Below are positions 61,718-64,000 of a stretch of 64,000 nt of DNA, piece by piece. Below the pieces are notes generated by a model. The model had not been told where the DNA came from and made no database searches. It was given only the letters and a program-made list of their open reading frames with translations. Each line of letters begins with the position of its first letter. Position 1 is the first letter of the stretch. This stretch comes from Octopus vulgaris (lineage: Eukaryota), in contig OX597825.1 in NCBI GenBank assembly GCA_951406725.2, forward strand, positions 6,944,001 through 7,008,000. Direction: 5' to 3'. The position numbers were made by a program, and so were the translations under genes.

Positions 61718-61907
61718 ATAGTGTGAATTTATAAAAAACAAAAGACGAAGATGGGTGTGTAAACAACAAACAGATGTATTAGTTTAACACTCAGGAAGTG
61801 AGAAAGTCTTACATTTCGAGCATACGCTCTTTGACAGAAAGGAACACAGAAATAAACAGGGAGAGAAAATAGAAAATGTTTTAGTGGCTAGCGATCTATC
61901 ATGCCGA
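61718..61907 (-). mobile_element. Relative of hammerhead-bearing repeat family 2
   Basis: Minus strand CTTT-CTGTCAA-A-GAGC/GTAT/GCTC-GAAA-TGTA; downstream TTCCTGAGTGT..TAATAC shared; microsatellite both sides. Confidence 0.55.
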
Positions 61908-61944
61908 ATATATATATATATATAAATATAGATATATATATATA

Positions 61945-62147
61945 AATAAAAAATGGAGTTAACGCAGGTGTAATCAAATATTTTTACTTTCGACACATGT
62001 TTCAAAATATTCAACGTAAACACGAAGTTTCTACCTTTATAAACAAGGAGTTACAACACCTTTACTTGTGAGATTTTTGCTGCCCTGGTAACTATTTATT
62101 TTTTTTTTTCCGTGTTAATTGTTAACAAGGTAAAAATACACTCATCT

Positions 62148-62148
<1 letters not shown>
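61945..62148 (-). repeat. Second copy of the 47253-47410 repeat, extended by GAAACATGTGTCGAAAGT
   Basis: Inverted homology to 47253-47400; flanked by (TA)n. Confidence 0.85.
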
Positions 62149-62200
<52 letters not shown>

Positions 62201-62268
62201 TATGTGTGCTTAATACTGCATTGATGCATAAATGTTCTTTATTTGCCAAGTTAAACCCATTAGAATTA

Positions 62269-62945
62269 ATGACGAGAATTACGCTAAGCTTTGAACAAAT
62301 GAAAGTTCCCCAAAAAGTTTGGAAATTCAGTCAAAGAGCAAAGACAGTTTACAAAGGAGTTTCAAACAGAACAATCTATGCAACTGACCATCACTTGAAT
62401 TAGAGATAAATTTGAAGCAGAAGGAACTGCTCTGCATGTCCACAAGAAATGGTTAGAAAGACCACAAGCATCAGAAAGTCCCTTAAACTAAGAAAGGGCA
62501 CCAGAAATGAAATACCAGAGTTCAAGATAATTTGAGTAGGAATCAAGTTAAGAAATTTAATGCCAAGTGTCTATGACATTTTGAAGTGTTTTATTGGAAA
62601 AGTTATGTTCCAAAAATTCTCCATGTTCTCAATGAACTCAATCCAGACTAAAGAGCGGAATTTTGTGAGTGGAATTGGCAAGCTGTATAGAAGAAGCATA
62701 TTTTCCAATAAAGATTATATGGTGTGATGAGGCTATATTTAAATTAGATGGTTTAGTTAACTACCCACAGTTGCACCTACTGGGTACCTGAGAATCTATA
62801 TTTTACAGAGGAATGTCATATTAATTTACTAGGAGTTACAGTATGGTGTGGCTTATCATCAAAAGGATTAATGAGATCATTCTTTTTGGACAGTATTGTA
62901 TCTAGTCCCATTTACTTGAACTTGCTGTGCTAATCTGTCATGTGA
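62269..62945 (+). pseudogene. Tc1/mariner-superfamily transposase pseudogene (DUF4817-type N-terminus), 3'-truncated
   Basis: LSFEQ..QRQFTKEFQTE..LTIT*IRDKFEAEGT; KIIWCDEAIFKLDGLVN/HSCTYWVPEN...NLLGVTVWCGLSSKGL; stops and frameshifts. Confidence 0.88.
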
Positions 62946-63419
62946 AATGTCCCCAATGAACAGAGCTGAATTTCAAGTACATAAGTTTGTTGTTAGGTCC
63001 TTCAACAGCTGACAAAATATATTTTGATGTGCTCATGGTTATGAATAAAACTTTATACATACACACACACACACATACATATATATATACATATATACAC
63101 GCACACACATACACTCGTATATATAAACACACATATGGATATATATACATACATACATATGCGTCCATATATAGATGTGTGTGTATGTTTAATCCATATA
63201 TTTCGTCAGTTCCATGGTTAAACATTAAAATTATTGACACTCAAATTTCTGACTTGGTTTTTCTACATGGACTGACCTCTTATATACTTGTTGTTCACAA
63301 TACACACACACATGTAACCTATACATATATACATACATGGTGGAAGTCGATTCCTGACCAAATAAGACCACTTCCTAAATGCATTTCTTTCAAAGGAAAC
63401 ATCTCAAATTTGGTCTCCC

Positions 63420-64000
63420 ATTGCTGAGGAAGTCTCGTATGGCTCCCATGATCTGTAAGGAACACACAAGTCATATCCAAGTCAGTTCTCCAGTAGCAGC
63501 AAAGCCTGGCCATCTTGATGCTGGGATCTACAACACTGAGTGAGTCCACTGGTTGCCCCACACATTCTGCTACACAAGGTGCACAAGAGACCAAACTGGA
63601 TATTATATCGACAAAGGTGGGGCACCTCCATTACTACATTTGTGGTTGAATTGGCTTGCCTTTGAGAAGCAAACATCACTGGTCACTCCCGATCTGATGC
63701 AAGATCTTACCAGGTATTGGTATGAAGATTGATCTTTCTAATTGGGTCTTTAAAATTGTCTTTGAAACACTTGTGCAACTTACACTGGAAATGTGTTCCT
63801 TGCTTCAGGTCACTACACAACATCTATTTTGGAATGCAGGTGTCCTCTAAATGAAACAAGATGACCAAACCATCTAAGTTGGTGTTTCATAATCACAGAC
63901 GTGATACCTGTCATTTTTGCCAGTTACTCTCTTATCAAGTACACGAGTTGCCAAAAAATCTTCAGGGCATTATGCATCATTAGAGGAACCACCCAAGACT
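63420..64000 (-). pseudogene. Degenerate RTE (BovB-like) LINE C-terminus with terminal zinc-finger-like motif
   Basis: MKHQLRWFGHLV, EDTCIPK*ML, FKDNFK, TW*DLASDR, CTLCSRMCGATSGLTQ. Confidence 0.8.

Overview
AT-rich, microsatellite-dense eukaryotic intergenic or intronic DNA with no supportable host protein-coding exon. Almost all ORFs in the track are translated microsatellites or SINEs. From recalled knowledge, not a search, the repeat complement resembles an octopus (coleoid cephalopod) genome. The window holds four tRNA-derived SINE families (my labels A, B, D, E) and many RTE-LINE 3' ends, including one young 5'-truncated RTE (58171-59674). It also holds fossil R4/Dong and RTE-BovB-type LINEs, a Tc1/mariner transposase pseudogene (62269-62945), and mariner-, Tc2/pogo-, hAT- and piggyBac-type MITEs. 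The strongest candidate for something new is a set of short repeats carrying minimal type-I hammerhead ribozymes of the Penelope type. One family joins a tRNA-like Pol III head to the hammerhead (4 copies; complete at 44555-44807, intact ribozyme core at 27697-27742), and other hammerhead families sit in (TA)n tracts. Also notable are a MITE containing ~176 bp copied from 1.45 kb away, two mariner MITEs bracketing the young RTE, and module shuffling among SINEs. Coordinates were read by eye; degenerate element ends are approximate (about +/-10 bp).
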